Positions 49,667 through 60,084 of a stretch of 64,000 nucleotides of DNA are shown one piece after another. The notes under the pieces were generated by a model. It searched no databases. It was not told the DNA's origin and saw nothing but the letters and a program-made list of their open reading frames with translations. How positions within the stretch are numbered: the stretch's first letter is position 1; each line of letters starts with the position of its first letter. This DNA is from Cyanophora paradoxa CCMP329 (lineage: Eukaryota > Plantae > Glaucophyta). A program made the translations under genes and the position numbers. Where the stretch lies: assembly GCA_004431415.1 (NCBI GenBank), contig QPMI01000127.1, positions 186,001-250,000 on the forward strand. Direction: 5' to 3'.

Positions 49667-49742
49667 CTCTGGATGACTTGAGGCGCCCAAAAAAAACGAG
49701 CGCGTCGGCCGCACCCCAATCGCTTTCGGCGCATAAGCCGCG

Positions 49743-50009
49743 ATGGCCTTCGCGATCTTCGCGCTCGCAGCGCCGCCGGGGGCCGAGCCGAGGCTGTGCA
49801 AGGACTGCATCTACTATCAGCGGGACCCCCAGGACCGCGAGGAGGGGAAGTGCTGGGCGTTCGTTGAGATGTCCCCTGTGACTGGGCACATGGTCACCCT
49901 GGCGCGCTGCTCCCTGGAGAGGCGCCCGCCCCTGGGGCGCTGCGGACCGGGCGGTCGCATGTTCGAGCGCGCCCCCCGCCACAAGCGCTCGTTCGCCCCG
50001 GGCCCCTAG
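49743..50009 (+). CDS. Small Cys-rich protein
   Basis: CKDCIYY...KC...VTG...C...CGPGGRMFE. Confidence 0.65.
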   Translation: MAFAIFALAAPPGAEPRLCKDCIYYQRDPQDREEGKCWAFVEMSPVTGHMVTLARCSLERRPPLGRCGPGGRMFERAPRHKRSFAPGP

Positions 50010-50068
50010 CGCGCGCGGTCGTCGACGCAATCAGTATATATTGTACATATCCTGAAGACACATTTCGG

Positions 50069-50251
50069 ATGCCGCCTGCCCCCGCCCACCCCCCCTGCAT
50101 CCGGGTCCCGTGGAGGCCGGGGCAGACGCCGCTGGGGATCGAGAGGCTGCACCCGTTCGACAAGGAGCCGGACAGGACCTGCCGGCCCCACGCTGTCTCC
50201 AGGGATCCGCTCATCGACGACGAGTACGGATCGTTCCTGGCGGGGCGCTAG
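50069..50251 (+). CDS. Small hypothetical protein
   Basis: Short ATG ORF after an AT-rich spacer. Confidence 0.4.
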   Translation: MPPAPAHPPCIRVPWRPGQTPLGIERLHPFDKEPDRTCRPHAVSRDPLIDDEYGSFLAGR

Positions 50252-50445
50252 TACCTGGAGGGGCGGAGGGTGTCCGGCAGCGCGGAGAAGTCGGGCTGCA
50301 GGCGGTCGGTCAGGGGGCGCGCCGGGGGCACGGCACCCTGCCGGGGCGGCACTGCCGTGATGCGCGAGTAGAGCTGGTCCGGGGGGATGGGGCGCGAGGG
50401 CCCGAAGTTGACGGGGGCCGAGGAGAGGGAGGAGCCGGAGTACAT
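50248..50445 (-). CDS. Small hypothetical protein
   Basis: Short ATG ORF filling the gap. Confidence 0.45.
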   Translation of the reverse strand: MYSGSSLSSAPVNFGPSRPIPPDQLYSRITAVPPRQGAVPPARPLTDRLQPDFSALPDTLRPSRY

Positions 50446-50463
50446 CGTGTATACACGTGGCGC

Positions 50464-50853
50464 TCATTTTTTCATGAGCGCCTGCACCGTCGCGAGCGCC
50501 TGCCCGATCCGGAAGAGCTCGCCGACGCCGCGCAGGATGTCCTCCCGCTCGGCCGTGCCCGCCTTCTGCCAGGGCACGTCGATCGGGAAGATGTCCAGGA
50601 CGGGCCGCAGCGATTGCACGACCTCGGGTCGGTCGAGGAGCCCCGTGTCGAGCCGCAGGAGCTCCTGACCGTGCGGTGCGACGGCGAGCGTGAACGTCTG
50701 CCAGGCGGCCGAGGGGTCCGTCCTGGTGAGCATCTCCAGCGCGAGCCTGTACCCCGTCGTGGAGAGCCCCGACGCCCGCGTGCACGCCATGTCCCCGAGG
50801 CTCTGCAGGAGCTCCAACATCTTCGTGTTGAACTGCGACTCGTACCTCTGCAT
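50464..50853 (-). CDS. Conserved NCLDV small helical protein
   Basis: FNTKMLELLQSL...TDP...F...VAPH...W...REDI pattern resembles a prasinovirus/mimivirus family. Confidence 0.6.
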   Translation of the reverse strand: MQRYESQFNTKMLELLQSLGDMACTRASGLSTTGYRLALEMLTRTDPSAAWQTFTLAVAPHGQELLRLDTGLLDRPEVVQSLRPVLDIFPIDVPWQKAGTAEREDILRGVGELFRIGQALATVQALMKK

Positions 50854-50924
50854 TCCCCGTGGCGCTCCCCGTGTCTCGAAGAACACCGCCCTATTTTTTT
50901 CGGCGCACGTTTGCGAGCGCGGTC

Positions 50925-51529
50925 ATGCCCGACATCTCCGATCGGGTCACCGCAGCGGTGCGCGACCTCGCCGAGGCGTACGCCTCGGGGGAGCGACGCG
51001 CCGCCTTCACTCCCATCGAGATCGCCGCCGCCGAGATCGTCCGCCGGATCGCGGGCGGCGCCTCCGCCGCGCGTTCCAACCCGGTCGTCGCCGCCATGCT
51101 CGACGACGTCCACGCCTGGGTCGCCGCTGCCGCGGGGTCCGACCCCGCGGTCGAGCGCGCCCTCGCCCTCGCGTGCCGCGTCCTCTGCACCGACGAGGGC
51201 GTCTTCGACGTGGAGGTTGCGATCAAGGCCGAGGGCGAGCAGACGCTCGTCGCCCTCCACCAGCTGCTCCGGCGCGCCGCGGCGCCGGCCGAATCACCCC
51301 GCCCTCGGGGGGCGGGGGTGGTTCCGGAGGGCTGGGGCGGCGCGCTCGACTTCGCCGCATCGATCACAACCCACCCCGCGTTCCGCTTGCGCGGCAAAGA
51401 AATCCTGTCCGACCTCGAGCGAGTCGTGCACGCGCTTCTCCTCCACCGCCTCCAGTCCCGCTCCGGCCGCGCATGGACCCCGGCACCGGCGCCGCCCCCC
51501 ACGCCCCCCCACCCCCACCACCCCCCTGA
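50925..51529 (+). CDS. Hypothetical helical protein
   Basis: ATG 50925; one extra base in the C-rich tract 51480-51526 puts TGA 51527 in frame. Confidence 0.6.
51291..51324. promoter_or_regulatory. 34-bp dyad inside an ORF, about 150 bp upstream of the next gene
   Basis: GAATCACCCC-N14-GGGGTGGTTC. Confidence 0.75.
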
Positions 51530-52062
51530 GCCAGGGCGAGCTTCTCCTCCAATCATTGGAGTTGTTCTACGACAAGGAGGCCCACCGGGCGGTACTCGAG
51601 AACATTCTCGTCAAGCGCGAGGGGCCCTCCCTCCGCCTCTTCGACTGGCTCTGCACCAACTACGCCAAGAAGCACGATCTCATCATCAGCGACCCGTCGG
51701 GTCGCCCCCTTAAGCTACACAACGAGTACAAGAGGGTCCTGAAGAGCTACTCGAAGCGGAACTTCGACCCCTTCTGCCGCCGATTCCCCTACCACATCCG
51801 CAAGGGCGATCTCTGCCTCCGCACCTCCATCGGCCAGATGAACTTCTTCCGGTGGGCCATCCAGTGTGGGGTCGTCGCGTACGCGAGGGAAAACCTCGAA
51901 GCAATCGAGGGGGACATGAACAGCAGCATGGAGCGGAGGCGGGCGCTCAAGCGCGAGGCGATCGAGCAGACGGGCGAGTACCGCCGGAGCCACATCTCCG
52001 ACGCGCCGAAGCGGTCGGCCGACATCCACGACAGCATGGGGGTCACGATCCGCTTCCACTAG
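51473..52062 (+). CDS. Conserved NCLDV protein (SLR..DW..TNY family); 1-nt frameshift near the start
   Basis: SLRLFDWLCTNYAKK...YSKRNFDPFCRR...TSIGQMNFFRWAI...IEGDMN. Confidence 0.8.
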
Positions 52063-52274
52063 TCGCTCCCGTCCTCGACGGAGACGAGCGCCTCGCCTGC
52101 GTCGCCGCTGTCGCTCTCATCCCCGCTGCTGCTGTCCTCGCTGTCGCTGTCCGTATTGTCGCCCTCGGTGGTGGTGAAGGCGTCGCGCATCTCACGCGCG
52201 TATCGCGTGTCCCGCGCGCACAGGTAGGTCCCGTAGGCCACCGCGGTGCCGGCCACCGCCAGTAGGATGAACAT
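52059..52274 (-). CDS. Small membrane protein with acidic tail
   Basis: MFILLAVAGTAVAYGTYL. Confidence 0.55.
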   Translation of the reverse strand: MFILLAVAGTAVAYGTYLCARDTRYAREMRDAFTTTEGDNTDSDSEDSSSGDESDSGDAGEALVSVEDGSD

Positions 52275-52308
52275 TGTAGCGCCCCTGTGGTTTGTGTCGA
52301 ATATCATT

Positions 52309-52950
52309 TCAGACCGCCGTGACGCGCGCGCGGAGTGCGAACGCCAGGCCCGCAAGGGCGAGCACCGCCACCCCAATCGTGACGGAGAGCGAGATCCGAT
52401 CCGCCTTGCGCGCGTCCGCCTTGAGCCTCTCGACCCTCTCCTGGATCCCCCTGGCCGTGTCGGTCGCCGCGACATCGAACGCCCCGAGCTGCGCCAGCAG
52501 CACCGCCATGTCCGCCTTGTCCCGCTCGAGCGCCCGCACCCGCTCGGTGAGGGCCGCCACGGTAGCCTGGTGCTCCCTGCGGAGGGTCGCGACAAAGACC
52601 AACGCGGCCGCAGCCGTGTCGCGGTGCACCGTCAGCTGTAGAGTTTTGGGGGGGGGCGAGGTGGCTTTCTGGAGTTCCACCTCGATGTCTGCAACGGAGA
52701 CGGTGAAATAGGGGTTCGCAACGGGCTCAGGCCGTATCAGGGGTATCGCGGGTTTGGCCTCGACCTCCTGGGCCACAAAACCGTCCAGAAGGTTTTGGGA
52801 AATGTTGACACCGACAAGCCCCAGCGAAACCTTCCGCACGGCAGAGACAAAGGGCGCGGGTTCGGCCTCGACCTCCTGCAGCGGAAGATCGACAACCCGC
52901 GGGGTCCGCAGGCCGGTCGCTGTATCCGGCTCAAACAAAGCGTAAGACAT
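52309..52950 (-). CDS. Coiled-coil protein with C-terminal TM
   Basis: Ends VTIGVAVLALAGLAFAL. Confidence 0.65.
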   Translation of the reverse strand: MSYALFEPDTATGLRTPRVVDLPLQEVEAEPAPFVSAVRKVSLGLVGVNISQNLLDGFVAQEVEAKPAIPLIRPEPVANPYFTVSVADIEVELQKATSPPPKTLQLTVHRDTAAAALVFVATLRREHQATVAALTERVRALERDKADMAVLLAQLGAFDVAATDTARGIQERVERLKADARKADRISLSVTIGVAVLALAGLAFALRARVTAV

Positions 52951-52981
52951 CGTGCTGGTATAAAAGAATGCACAAAAAGTG

Positions 52982-53230
52982 TCAGATGGCCATGCGGTAG
53001 GCGGCGAGGGCGAGGGCGAGGGGCGCCATCCAGACGGGGATGCAGGTCTCCCCGTCGCCGCACCCGAAGCTGCAGGGCCGACCGCGCCCGTCGCAGAGGA
53101 ACATGGGCCGCGGGCGGAGCGTGTGGATGAGAAGGAAGGAGCCGACGAAGGCGACGAGCGCCGCCTGGAGCGGAGCGTCGAGGCGGCGAAGGAGGTTGTT
53201 CATGCCGAAGGTGCCGGTGACGACGTCCAT
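52982..53230 (-). CDS. Conserved NCLDV small two-TM protein
   Basis: RP..MF..DG....FG.G...T.IPVW pattern. Confidence 0.7.
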   Translation of the reverse strand: MDVVTGTFGMNNLLRRLDAPLQAALVAFVGSFLLIHTLRPRPMFLCDGRGRPCSFGCGDGETCIPVWMAPLALALAAYRMAI

Positions 53231-53240
53231 GGCGCGTGTC

Positions 53241-53582
53241 TCATCCAGTAGCGGGGATGGGTTTTTTGGCGGAGCGCGCCCAGCGGAGGAGCAGGAGGAC
53301 CAGAGCGAGGGCGACAGCGAGGGCGGCCGCCCAGTACCAGGCGACCGCGGCGGCGAGCACGAAGGCCGTGAGCCTTCGGAGGCAGAGCCCGCGGCACGCG
53401 TCGGTGTGCCGCTCCCAGAAGGAGGCCGGCACGTCGGTCATGCGGGCGCAGATGTCCGGGAGCGGGAGGCCGCCCCAGAAGAAGAGGGTCGGGCCGTGGA
53501 AGTAGAGCACCGTCAGGGGGACGACGACCGCGTAGTACACCGCGAGCTGGAGTATCCCCATGGGTCCCGCGGGGGCCGCCAT
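53241..53582 (-). CDS. NCLDV-type membrane protein
   Basis: LYFHGP..FFWGG...DICARMT....FW.....C. Confidence 0.65.
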   Translation of the reverse strand: MAAPAGPMGILQLAVYYAVVVPLTVLYFHGPTLFFWGGLPLPDICARMTDVPASFWERHTDACRGLCLRRLTAFVLAAAVAWYWAAALAVALALVLLLLRWARSAKKPIPATG

Positions 53583-53646
53583 GCCAGGGCTTGCAGGAGA
53601 AACGCACCTTACATAATCTTTGCGGTTTTTATACGCACCGAGCCGC

Positions 53647-53985
53647 ATGGAGCCGTTCCCCCCGATGTACCCCTTCCAGGGCCAGCAGACGCAGATGGGC
53701 CCCGCCATGCTGCCCGCGCTCCCCGTGATCCCGCCGGTCCACTACCAGGTGCCTACGATGGCCCAGATGTTCCCGTTTCCGAGGCCGCCGCCCCAGGCGG
53801 CGCACCTCGGTCCGATGTGGTACGTCCTCCTCGCCCAGTCAAGGGAGCGCCAGAAGGAGCGGGCGAAGGCTGCGGAGGCTGCGAGGGCCGCGGAGGGGGC
53901 TGCCGCGGCGGCAGCCCACCTGTACGCGCGCGCGCCGGGCTGGGGGTACGCGAGAGCGGCAAATTATATGCGCCCCATGTATTGA
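53647..53985 (+). CDS. Pro/Gln/Met-rich small protein
   Basis: ATG ORF downstream of a T-tract. Confidence 0.6.
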   Translation: MEPFPPMYPFQGQQTQMGPAMLPALPVIPPVHYQVPTMAQMFPFPRPPPQAAHLGPMWYVLLAQSRERQKERAKAAEAARAAEGAAAAAAHLYARAPGWGYARAANYMRPMY

Positions 53986-53987
53986 AG

Positions 53988-55982
53988 ATGCCGCGTGTAA
54001 GGTCGAAGAGGCGCACGCGGACGCGGACCCGGTCGAGGCGGCGCGCCACGCCCTTCCGGCCCCGCGCCGCCCCCCCGGTGCCCCGCGCACCGTACCCTTC
54101 GCCGGCGGCCTACCCACCACCGTGGTCCTGGGGGGGCGACCCGCCCCCGCCGCTCGGCCCCCTGTCGCCGATGCTGCAATCCCCGATGGGGTGGGCGTAC
54201 ATGATCGGGGGTGGCTCGTGGGGCGGGGGCGCCCCGGCCGCCCCCGGTGTCGCGAAGCCCAAGGCCGTCGTTCCTGATTCCGAGGAGCGAGTGAAGGAAG
54301 AGGAGGAGAAGGAGACGGCGAGATTGAAAGCCCTCGAGGAGAGGCGGAATGCCGAACAGAGGAAGGCTGCCGAGGCGGCGGAGGCGGAGGCGAGAAGGGT
54401 GAAGGCGGCGGAGGCGGAGGCGAGAAAGGTGAAGGCGGCGGAGGCGGAGGCGAGAAGGGTGAAGGCGGCGGAGGCGGAGGCGAGAAGGGTGAAGGCGGCA
54501 GAGGCGGCAGAGGCGAAGCGGAAGCAGGAGGCGGAGCGGAAGCAGGCGGCGGTGGTGGCGAAGCGACGGGAGGCGGAGGCGGCGAGGCGAAACCTAGAGG
54601 AGAGGGCAAATGCCGTTCGAGCAGAGAATGAGGCGCGCGCGGGGCTGGCGGCGGAGACGGCGGCGGAAGTGGAGGGGCGAAGGCAGGCGGGGCTCGCGAA
54701 CGCCACGCGAGAGGGCGAGGCGGATTTGGACCCGGCGCGCGCCATGCTCAGACTGACGGGGGCCATCGACACGTTGAAGGCGCGAGAGGGCGCATCCATT
54801 GCGGGCGAGCTTATGAACGAGGCCGAGGATGAGGTGCTTCAAATACTGCAGTCGGGGGTTGGCCCGGCGGAACATGAAGCGGCGGTGGAGGCGATGAGGG
54901 CCACAACGGAGCTAGCGAGAGCGACGGCACTGGAGAAAGAGCGTTTGGAGAAGGCGGAGGCGGACAGGGCGCGCCAGGACAAGATCATGAGAAAGGCGAT
55001 AGAGGACGAGGAGAAACGCTTGCAGGCAGAGCTCGCGGCGGGAGTCGGTGGGTTCATGGACTCGATGGTGGGCGACGTCGCCAGTTCTTTGGACAAGGAG
55101 AAGGAGGCCGTGCTCGACGAGATCAGAGCCGTTGGGAACGCTGGACTGAAACAGGAAAGTGAGCTCGCCATCCGCAATATGAACAACGGCGATTCAACAA
55201 TGCGCGATCCGTTTAGAAGTATCGACGACCTTGCAAGCTATCTCGTTGCCACGTTCGCTTACAGAAGAGAATCGCTGGAGCAGGCGATCCTGGATGTCCA
55301 AAAGGGACGACCCATTGCAGGTGTGGTAAAGTCAACCGAAACCTCCCTCCAGACTGTGCAAGCGTGGTCAGGGTACCTGCAGGAGCTTCTCGGACGGCTG
55401 GCAGCCACAGGCTACAGACAAGGCCACCATGCGGATCGTCTCAAGCGCCTGCTGGCGGCGAATGACGAGGGCGCCAAAGGCATCCAGGAGAAACTGCAGG
55501 CGCGAAAGACCGTACTGGAAGAGTTCCACAAAAGGGCGCGACCAGTGCTGGCCCTTGTAGGGACCGAGAAGGTGCAGTCTCTCCGGCGCGAGTTCGTCGA
55601 GCGGATGGCAAAAAGAGAGGCGATGGAAAGGCGGTACAGTGCCAATTATGGAAGAATCTTTGGGACGGGGGCGTGGGGCCCATCGGCGGCTGCCAGGGTC
55701 GACACGATGGCGGAGATATTGACGGCGATGGATGCGGAAGAGGCAGCAATGCATGCCTTTTACGAAGCGATCCTGGATGAAACGCCACCGGAATCAAGGG
55801 GCATGGTTGAGCAGAGAAGAAGCGAGTGTGAGGCTGATTTGGCGAAAATGAGGGAGTTGCATGTGCGCAGCATGCACACCCTTAAGCTGGTCATGGGCGG
55901 TGGATCCCCGCCCCCGAGACCCGGCGCCAGCTCGCAGCCATTCCGAGCAACACCATACATTCGACAGTGGTACAGCTGGTGA
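53988..55982 (+). CDS. Long coiled-coil protein with N-terminal Arg-rich segment and AAEAEARRVK repeats
   Basis: MPRVRSKRRTRTRTRSRRR; 30-bp repeats at about 54375-54510. Confidence 0.8.
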   Translation: MPRVRSKRRTRTRTRSRRRATPFRPRAAPPVPRAPYPSPAAYPPPWSWGGDPPPPLGPLSPMLQSPMGWAYMIGGGSWGGGAPAAPGVAKPKAVVPDSEERVKEEEEKETARLKALEERRNAEQRKAAEAAEAEARRVKAAEAEARKVKAAEAEARRVKAAEAEARRVKAAEAAEAKRKQEAERKQAAVVAKRREAEAARRNLEERANAVRAENEARAGLAAETAAEVEGRRQAGLANATREGEADLDPARAMLRLTGAIDTLKAREGASIAGELMNEAEDEVLQILQSGVGPAEHEAAVEAMRATTELARATALEKERLEKAEADRARQDKIMRKAIEDEEKRLQAELAAGVGGFMDSMVGDVASSLDKEKEAVLDEIRAVGNAGLKQESELAIRNMNNGDSTMRDPFRSIDDLASYLVATFAYRRESLEQAILDVQKGRPIAGVVKSTETSLQTVQAWSGYLQELLGRLAATGYRQGHHADRLKRLLAANDEGAKGIQEKLQARKTVLEEFHKRARPVLALVGTEKVQSLRREFVERMAKREAMERRYSANYGRIFGTGAWGPSAAARVDTMAEILTAMDAEEAAMHAFYEAILDETPPESRGMVEQRRSECEADLAKMRELHVRSMHTLKLVMGGGSPPPRPGASSQPFRATPYIRQWYSW

Positions 55983-55989
55983 ATCCTAC

Positions 55990-57752
55990 CTACGCGGCGA
56001 AGGGGTCGCCGCCGTGGAGCTGGCGGAGCAGGTGGAGGCGCGCGGCGACGCGGTCGCCCTCCGACGCGAGCTGGGTGCCGATGACCTCGAAGTACGAGGG
56101 GTCGGCGGCCTTGGCCGCCTCGGTCTTGTCGGGGAAGAGGACGTCGCGGAGGTAGCGCTCGTGCGGGATCGGCGGCGAGGCGAAGCTGCGGCAGGAGTTG
56201 CCGTCGAACGCCTTGCCGCAGTAGCAGCGCTGCACGCGCCCCTGCTTGGTGTAGAGGAAGTAGACGTTCGAGCTGCCGTGCTCGCCCTTCTTGTTCATGC
56301 ACCAGTGTCCACGGGTCCGGACGCGGTACACGCTGCCCCGCGAGGTCCTCTTGAGGAGCACGTCGCGCACCTCGGGCGCGCCGGGCCAGCCAAAGAAGAG
56401 GTCCAGCGCGATCGCGCGGTGGCCCTCGCTGTCTGCGCCGAGCCGCTCGACGCCCTCGCCGTTCCATTCGTCCGCGCCCTGCTCGCCGGGGGCGGGCGCC
56501 TCCTCGGCCTCGTCGCCCGCCGCCCTCGTCGCCCGCCGCGAGGGCCTCCCAGAGGCCCCTGAGGCCCCCCGCGCCCGCGCTTCCGCCCCGCGGCCTGCTG
56601 CTGCTGCTGCTGCTGCGGCTGCGGCGGCGGCTGTTGCGGTTGCGGCTGCGGTTGCGGCTGCTGCGGCGCGCGGGGCCCCGCGGCGGCGCGCCTCTGCCTC
56701 TCCTCGGCGATTGCGGCCCGCTGGCGCTCCTCCTCCTCGCGTGCCCGCTGCGCCGCCGACGCCTGCTTGCGATCCCAGGCCTCCTCGGGGGGGAGCCAGT
56801 CGGGGCGGAACCACGCGGGCCTCGTGAGCGGCGTGGGGGGCTCCGCCAGATCCGTCCGGATGCTCCCCTCGCGCAGCATCACCTCGGGCTCGAGGATGCG
56901 CCCCAGCTCCTCGGGCCAGAGGCGTCCGTCGGAGCGCACGACCGCGTGGGGGCGGTACGCGCGCCCCTCGTCGATCTTACCCCTGCCGCCGCACTTGGTG
57001 CACCCCTCGCGGCGCCCCGTGCGGTCCTTGCACTCCTTGCACTTGGACATCTTGCTCATGAGGAGCATGCGCAGCCCGGAGCCGCGGAAGACGGACTCGT
57101 CGACGATCTCCCGCCACGCGGCGCGTCCCGCGCTCTGCTCCGGGAAGCGCTCCACGAGGCGCTGGACCACGCCGAGGCGGATCTCGTTCGCCATCGCCAT
57201 GTCGAAGGCGAGGCGGGGCCACAGGAGGTGGACGCCGGTCTTGATCCCTTCCGCGACCGGCTTGGACTGCGTCAGGCAGACCCAGACCGCGAGCTCCTCC
57301 GGTCCCATCGACGGGAAGAAGTCGGCGAACACCCCCTGGACGGCGCGGACGATGTCGATGACGCGGTCCTCGGGGACGCGCTCCGCGTCGACGATGTCGA
57401 GGTCCATGAAGGCGCGGCAGACCTTCGTCTTCGTCTCCACGATGTACGCGCGCCCGCCGCCGTACATGTGCGCGATCACCTTGCCGTAGAACGCGTTCAC
57501 CTTGGCCGGCTGCAGGATCTCGAGCGAGCCGCCGTCCAGCATGAGGTGCGTCACGGTGCGCCCCCGCTCGCCGGCCCGGATCCAGAGCTTCTCGGACAGG
57601 AGCCACGATCGCAGCTCCGACGGCGGACCGGAGTCCGGTCGGGGTTGCGCGAACTCGGTCATGCGTCGGGTGCGCGACGCGCCCGGCGCGGCGGCGCCAC
57701 CCTGCGCGGCCGGTGCGGTCGTCGCCCTCGCCTTCGCCCCCGCCACGCTCAT
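55990..57752 (-). CDS. NCLDV archaeo-eukaryotic primase (AEP) with C-terminal zinc-binding domain; 1-nt frameshift near 56565
   Basis: THLMLDGG, FMDLD, KTGVHLLWP, VDESVF..GLRM; second frame gives WCMNKKGEHGSSNVYF...QRCYC...C. Confidence 0.85.
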
Positions 57753-57810
57753 GGCGCTTTCCAGTTGTCTAAGGGGCGGGGGATTGTGTGGCGCGCCCTG
57801 GGCGCGCCCT

Positions 57811-57844
57811 CAATCACCCCCGCCCCCTGGGCTTGGGGTGGTTC
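57811..57844. promoter_or_regulatory. 34-bp dyad upstream of the primase
   Basis: CAATCACCCC-N14-GGGGTGGTTC. Confidence 0.75.
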
Positions 57845-57873
57845 ACCCCCACTGCGCTCGGGTGCGCGACCCT

Positions 57874-59040
57874 CTACCGGCGCGAGCGACCCGACCGCGT
57901 GCGGCGGCTGCGGCGGCTGCGGCTGCGGCTGCGGCTGCGGCTGCTCCGGCGCTGCGTGGGCATGCTCTGCGGCGCGCGCGACAGGTACGGCGTGCCGAAG
58001 GACGAGTACGAGTCCATCGTCGACGGGTAGATCGCGCCGGCCGACGGCGCAGGCGTCTGGTCGATGAGGCTCGACGCGTACTGGTAAGGCTGGAGGTTCA
58101 TGTTGTCGAAGGGCGAGAGTCCCCCCGCGACGAGGTCGTTGCCGTTGCCCATCATGTATTGGTTGAGGAAGCCGGTGGCCTCCGGGTTGTAGTCGAACCC
58201 CTTGAGGCCACCACGGCCACCTTTGCCTGGGCCCCAGAGGTCCATCGCCGTCCCCGATGTAGGGCAGAACACCTTCTCGGCGCGCCCGGATGACAGGGGT
58301 ACGGGTTGGTTATTGATGTCGAGGTACAGGGGGGGTCGCTGGTCCTCTCCGCAAGGACCGAAGATCCTGCCGTCCTCCTCGGCGCGAGCCAAACTCAAGA
58401 CATGGCCCTGCTCGACGAGTTCATCGATGACGCCCGTGAACGCGTCCGGGAGGCCCTTGGCGCGATCGATGAGCTTCTTGTGCTCCCTGAGTGCCTGGAT
58501 CTGAGCGGCAATGTACATTCCCTGGGGCCCCGGGATGGCCTGGAACTTCTCGAGCATCTTGATCTGGCGATCCACCTCCTTGATCTGGACGGCAGCGAGG
58601 GCGCTGATCTGGGCCTTGCGCGAGATAGTCAGCTTGTCCACCATGTCCTTCTGGATCTGCATGGTGTACAGCGACTGGAGCGCCGCCAGCTCGGCCCCGC
58701 TGAGGGTCTTGTGGACCAGCGGCTCCTGCAGGATATCTTTGAGTCTGTCGGAGTCGAGATCCTCCAGCGAGGGCGACGTGATCATGGGGGGGTGCATGGC
58801 GTCCGGGGCGCCAGTAGAGCCGTCTAGGCGCATGTTCTTCAGCTTGTAGGCCGCCATGGACAGCAGGATCTTGATCTGCGGTCGGGCCTGGTTCCGTATG
58901 CCGGACAGGTACGCGTGCCACGACCCGTCGGCTACACCGGCCGCTGCGGCCGGTACGGGACCATAGCCACCGGGGCCGTACACGCGGGCCATTGCGGCGT
59001 GGCGAACGTCGGGGGCGCCGTAGTTCATGCCGGCGTCCAT
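57874..59040 (-). CDS. Probable core/structural protein with RS tail
   Basis: Ends QRRSSRSRSRSRSRRSRRTRSGRSRR. Confidence 0.75.
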   Translation of the reverse strand: MDAGMNYGAPDVRHAAMARVYGPGGYGPVPAAAAGVADGSWHAYLSGIRNQARPQIKILLSMAAYKLKNMRLDGSTGAPDAMHPPMITSPSLEDLDSDRLKDILQEPLVHKTLSGAELAALQSLYTMQIQKDMVDKLTISRKAQISALAAVQIKEVDRQIKMLEKFQAIPGPQGMYIAAQIQALREHKKLIDRAKGLPDAFTGVIDELVEQGHVLSLARAEEDGRIFGPCGEDQRPPLYLDINNQPVPLSSGRAEKVFCPTSGTAMDLWGPGKGGRGGLKGFDYNPEATGFLNQYMMGNGNDLVAGGLSPFDNMNLQPYQYASSLIDQTPAPSAGAIYPSTMDSYSSFGTPYLSRAPQSMPTQRRSSRSRSRSRSRRSRRTRSGRSRR

Positions 59041-59135
59041 CGGGTCGAGTGCTTACTCTTAGCCGCAGAAAGTTTCGCGCGGCCCGCCCCGTTCGGGCCG
59101 CCCCCACTTTTCTTGGCGCGCCCTCCCGAGGGGCC

Positions 59136-59741
59136 ATGGCGGCGCCCGAGCTCCTCGACCTCCCCGACGAGATCCTCGTCCTCGTCGCGGCGCGGCTCGA
59201 CCTCGCCGCCCTCGCGGCCCTCGCCCGGACCTGCCGCCGCCTCGGCGCGATCGCAGCGCTCAACGACGTCTGGGTGCCGCACTACCGGGGCCTCACGCAC
59301 CCCGAGGGGCGCATCGGCCCGGGCAGCGTCCACGAGGGGCCCGTGACGTACCGCCGGTGCGCGCGCGCCCACATCCCGTACCCCGGCCTCGAGCACCTGG
59401 ACGACCCGGTGCCCAACCCCGGCAACGCCGTCTGCCGCAACCGCGCGCACTACCGCGACCTCGAGCAGCCCGAGCTCCGCGCCCGCTTCCGCGACTTCCG
59501 CTTCCAGGTTGGAAAGCGCCGCCGCCGGGAGCTCCTGGAGCGCCCCGAGAACAAGTTCACCCCCGCCGACCAGCGCGGCGAGTGGCGCGCCGTCATGACC
59601 ATCGCGCGCCAGCTGCGGTTCCTCGACGGCCTCGAGGAGAAGCGCGCGCGCGTCCGCCGCATCGAGGCGGCCTTCGCGCCCATCCGCGAGCGCGAGGAGC
59701 GCTCGCGCCGCCGCCGGTCCCGCAAGGACGGCGACGACTAG
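59136..59741 (+). CDS. F-box protein
   Basis: LLDLPDEILVLVAARLDLAALAALARTCRRL...W. Confidence 0.85.
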   Translation: MAAPELLDLPDEILVLVAARLDLAALAALARTCRRLGAIAALNDVWVPHYRGLTHPEGRIGPGSVHEGPVTYRRCARAHIPYPGLEHLDDPVPNPGNAVCRNRAHYRDLEQPELRARFRDFRFQVGKRRRRELLERPENKFTPADQRGEWRAVMTIARQLRFLDGLEEKRARVRRIEAAFAPIREREERSRRRRSRKDGDD

Positions 59742-60040
59742 CGCCGCCCCCCTCGGCGGCGGCGGCGGGCCGACCGCGACCGCGACCGCGACCGCCTTCG
59801 CCGGCGGAACCGGGGCGCGCCGGCGAACCCGGGCGGCATGAGCGACATGGAGTCGTAGGGCGATATGCCGCCCTGAATGAGACTCGGACCGCCCATCGGA
59901 GGGGGGCCGAAGGGCGGCATCATGCCCATCGGAGGGGGGCCAGAGGGCGGCATCATGCCCCCGCCGCCCATCGGGGAGAAACCGGGCGGCATCATGCTCA
60001 TGCCGCCCATCGGAGAGAAGCCGCCAGGTGTGATGTCCAT
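59738..60040 (-). CDS. PPMGG-repeat protein with Arg tail
   Basis: MMPPGFSPMGG repeats; ends APRFRRRRRSRSRSRSARRRRRGGRR. Confidence 0.7.
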   Translation of the reverse strand: MDITPGGFSPMGGMSMMPPGFSPMGGGGMMPPSGPPPMGMMPPFGPPPMGGPSLIQGGISPYDSMSLMPPGFAGAPRFRRRRRSRSRSRSARRRRRGGRR

Positions 60041-60084
60041 CGCGGTTGCGAGGCGTATTATACAATCCTGCCTAGATTAAAACG

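Noticed and set aside
56500-56580. Programmed frameshift or intron splitting the primase; a 16-bp tandem duplication at 56508-56539
   Set aside because: One missing base in the 6-C run at 56565-56570 restores the frame. The same one-base loss explains the breaks near 47691 and 51521 and probably 33910, which suggests homopolymer sequencing error. No branch site or convincing donor is present.
8146-57844. Dyads as mimivirus-type hairpin terminators
   Set aside because: Several copies lie between divergent 5' ends where no transcript should terminate, and most spacers are not self-complementary.
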